A stretch of DNA of 59,924 nt, taken from the NCBI GenBank assembly GCA_039714415.1, contig JBDLJL010000005.1, positions 1-59,924 on the forward strand. Direction: 5' to 3'. The notes under the pieces were generated by a model. It saw only the letters and a list, made by a program, of their open reading frames with translations. It made no database searches and had not been told where the DNA came from. A program made the translations under genes and the position numbers. Origin of the DNA: Bacteroidota bacterium. Its GTDB lineage: Bacteria > Bacteroidota > Bacteroidia > Bacteroidales > NBLH01. Numbering within the stretch: position 1 is the stretch's first letter; each line of letters starts with the position of its first letter. Shown in pieces: positions 57,397 to 59,924 of the stretch.

Positions 57397-59652
57397 ATGA
57401 ATTTATCAGAAAATAATGAAGCAGCTGCCACTGCATTACAGTTTGTAAATAGTACAAATCGGCATGTGTTTTTAACCGGAAAGGCAGGTACAGGCAAAAC
57501 AACTTTCCTGAAAGAAATTATTCACCTAACCCATAAAAACGTTATAATTGCTGCCCCTACCGGTATTGCAGCCATTAATGCAGGTGGTGTAACTTTACAC
57601 TCTCTTTTTCAGCTACCATTTGGTACTTTTATTCCAAGTAATGAGCATGGGGGCAGTCAGGATATGTCTTTCAAAATGAGTACTCCCCGCTTAATTATTG
57701 AGAATCTGCAGATGAATAGTACAAAACGTAATATGCTAAAAGAATTGGAATTGCTGATTATTGATGAGGTTAGTATGTTAAGGGCTGATATTCTGGATGC
57801 TATCGATGTAGTGTTAAAGCATATCCGGCGAAGGAGAAATACTGCTTTTGGTGGTGTCCAAATATTGTTTATTGGCGATATGCTTCAGCTTCCTCCCGTG
57901 GTAAAAGATGCTGAGTGGGGATATTTGAAAAACCATTACCAGGGAATGTTCTTTTTTGAGGCGCTGGCACTCAAACAAAGTAAACCTGTTTATATTGAAC
58001 TGGAAAAAATATTCCGTCAAACAAACCAAACATTTATTTCTATTTTAAATAATTTACGCGAGAATAAAATATCAGAATCAGATATAAATACGCTTAATCA
58101 ATATCATAAACCTGATTTTCAACCTAAACCTGATGAAGGCTATGTTTTTTTAACTACCCATAATTATAAAGCAGATAGTTTAAATGCTGATGAACTTAAA
58201 AAAATAGACAAAAAAACCTATAAATACCGGGCTGAAATTGTGGGTGATTTTGCTGACCATATGTTTCCTCTTGAAGAAATACTGGAATTGAAAAAGGGTG
58301 CCCAGGTAATGTTTGTTAAGAATGATTATTCCGGTGAAAAACGCTATTTTAATGGCAAAATCGGCACGGTATATTCTTTATCATCAGATTCTATTGAAGT
58401 TGATTTTAATGATGGTAGTGAAAAGGTTACTGTTGATAAATATACATGGGAAAATAAAAAATATAGTCTGGATAAAGAAACCAATGAAATAACAGAAAGT
58501 GTGAAAGGTAGTTTCACGCACTACCCGTTAAAACTTGCCTGGGCTATCACGGTACATAAAAGCCAGGGCCTAACTTTTGAAAAAGCAATGATTGATGTTT
58601 CACGTGCATTTGCGCCCGGTCAGGTTTATGTTGCTTTATCAAGATTAACTTCTTTGGAAGGATTGGTGCTCACGGAACCAATTAGGTACAATGGCCTTAA
58701 ACAGGATGAGTTATTAAATGAATTTGCAGAATCCAAGGGGTCAAAAGAAGAATTGGATACACAGTTTAATGAGGGTTTAAAAGCTTATATTAATGGATTT
58801 GTGAAATATGCATTCGATTTTGAAGCTCTGTCAAACCAATATTATTATCATTTAAAAAGTTATACTAAGGATGAGAAAAAATCAGTGAAACAGAAATATC
58901 ACCCCTGGGCATCGGAACTACAAAAACAGTTTCAGGAACCTTTAGGAGTTTCAAAAAAGTTTCTTTTGCAGATTGATAAAATTGCAAGATTTAATGCTGA
59001 TGATTATTTATCGGTGCTTTTCGATAGGGTTCAGGCAGCTAAAAAGCACTTTGAGCCTATCTTAAAGGGTTTTTCTGACAAGATATTTTCAAAGATAAAT
59101 GAATTGAAAAGTGAGACCCGTGTTAAAAAATACATGAATGAGCTAAAAGATGTAGAACGATTGTTTTTTGGCCAGCTTCAAAAAATACATAAAGCTGAAG
59201 CTCTGCTTGAAGCTACAATAAAAGATACAAACCTTACAAAAGAGCAATTAACAAATTCTGAACTTTATAAAAACAGGGAAGAACAGATACCTGAGATCAC
59301 AAAATCAAAGAAAAAATCAATAAAAAGTAATACACCCAAAGAAAAGAAACCAAAAACAAGGGAAGTAAGTTTTGAACTATTCCAACAGGGAAAAAGCCTT
59401 GAAGAAATAGCAAAAGAACGTTCATTAGTAATTACCACAATTGAAAGCCACTTAAGTACTTATGTCGCACAGGGAAAACTTGATGTAAACAAGTTTGTGG
59501 ATAAAAATAAACGTGAAAAAATAATAAAAGCGGCAGAAAAACTCGAAACATACAATTTAGGGCCAATTAAACACGAACTTGGCAGTGAATACACATACAG
59601 CGAACTTCGTTTTGCTATGGCTCATTCAGTTTATTTGAAATCGAAAGAGTAA
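57397..59652 (+). CDS. Pif1/RecD-like SF1B helicase with a long C-terminal extension ending in an HTH-like module
   Basis: Walker A GKAGTGKTT, Walker B LLIIDEVSML, SH3-like insert, AITVHKSQGLTF. The C-terminal ~300 aa are K/E-rich and end with GKSLEEIAKERSLVITTIESHL. Confidence 0.85.
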   Translation: MNLSENNEAAATALQFVNSTNRHVFLTGKAGTGKTTFLKEIIHLTHKNVIIAAPTGIAAINAGGVTLHSLFQLPFGTFIPSNEHGGSQDMSFKMSTPRLIIENLQMNSTKRNMLKELELLIIDEVSMLRADILDAIDVVLKHIRRRRNTAFGGVQILFIGDMLQLPPVVKDAEWGYLKNHYQGMFFFEALALKQSKPVYIELEKIFRQTNQTFISILNNLRENKISESDINTLNQYHKPDFQPKPDEGYVFLTTHNYKADSLNADELKKIDKKTYKYRAEIVGDFADHMFPLEEILELKKGAQVMFVKNDYSGEKRYFNGKIGTVYSLSSDSIEVDFNDGSEKVTVDKYTWENKKYSLDKETNEITESVKGSFTHYPLKLAWAITVHKSQGLTFEKAMIDVSRAFAPGQVYVALSRLTSLEGLVLTEPIRYNGLKQDELLNEFAESKGSKEELDTQFNEGLKAYINGFVKYAFDFEALSNQYYYHLKSYTKDEKKSVKQKYHPWASELQKQFQEPLGVSKKFLLQIDKIARFNADDYLSVLFDRVQAAKKHFEPILKGFSDKIFSKINELKSETRVKKYMNELKDVERLFFGQLQKIHKAEALLEATIKDTNLTKEQLTNSELYKNREEQIPEITKSKKKSIKSNTPKEKKPKTREVSFELFQQGKSLEEIAKERSLVITTIESHLSTYVAQGKLDVNKFVDKNKREKIIKAAEKLETYNLGPIKHELGSEYTYSELRFAMAHSVYLKSKE

Positions 59653-59655
59653 CGT

Positions 59656-59837
59656 AGCTCAAAGAGCTGTATATTATAAAAAATAGTTTGGAAATTTGTA
59701 GTACAAAGCTCGCACAACGAACGTCATTGTGATGGCGAAGCCAGAAGCAATCTCATGCAATTACTAAAGTGGCTGTTTTCTTTTTAATTGGCTGCAGTGG
59801 TTCTTTTTGGGGATTGCTTCACTTCGTTCGCAATGAC
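59656..59837 (+). repeat. Intergenic repeat family, copy B, with a palindromic extension
   Basis: 59656-59729 aligns with 36227-36301. GTCATTGTGATGGCGAAGCCAGAAGCAATC (59723-59752) is an imperfect inverted repeat of GGATTGCTTCACTTCGTTCGCAATGAC (59811-59837). Confidence 0.6.
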
Positions 59838-59924
59838 GGACGATTAATTGGCTGTTATCCTCAGGGCAAATGCATGAAAAAAAATAAATATAGTGTCATG
59901 TCAATGATATTTTGACGCTCAAAG

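Overview
AT-rich (about 30% G+C by eye) chromosomal segment, by gene content from a Bacteroidota-type anaerobe. Evidence: rseC-rnfBCDGEA operon, lipoprotein-style signal peptides, FtsX/MacB-type ABC pairs, a DUF5063 plus 3'-5' exonuclease pair, and a Y_Y_Y propeller sensor. Most of the window is ordinary housekeeping or envelope coding sequence at high coding density. These parts stand out. (1) The first ~835 nt are a G+C-rich, ORF-free structured RNA ending in a textbook group II intron domain V and a domain VI-like helix, so this looks like an ORF-less or partial group II intron. (2) A small accessory islet (1.9-5.0 kb) carries a class II Fic, a PhzF-like gene and a decayed UPF0175/DUF3368 toxin-antitoxin pair, and is bracketed by a rare GC-rich 12-mer direct repeat. 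(3) Two diverged ~200-bp MITE-like elements, each with its own terminal inverted repeats, sit in opposite orientation around a two-gene cassette (LOG-family protein plus double-CxxC protein). (4) A same-strand lipid-flavoured cluster holds an acyl-CoA synthetase, a UbiB/ABC1 kinase, two tandem phasin-like genes, an HSL-type esterase and an acyltransferase. (5) A secreted protein is built from five ExWMxxxxW repeats. (6) The right end holds a secreted caspase-fold protein with both catalytic residues replaced, a translationally coupled SatD-like (nucleotide-cyclase-like palm plus HTH) / DUF3307 membrane pair, and a long Pif1/RecD-like helicase. I consider this block the best candidate for an uncharacterised system. 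(7) Several short intergenic repeat families are present. I found no rRNA, tRNA or CRISPR array. All calls come from reading the ORF translations and the DNA by eye; no database search was run.
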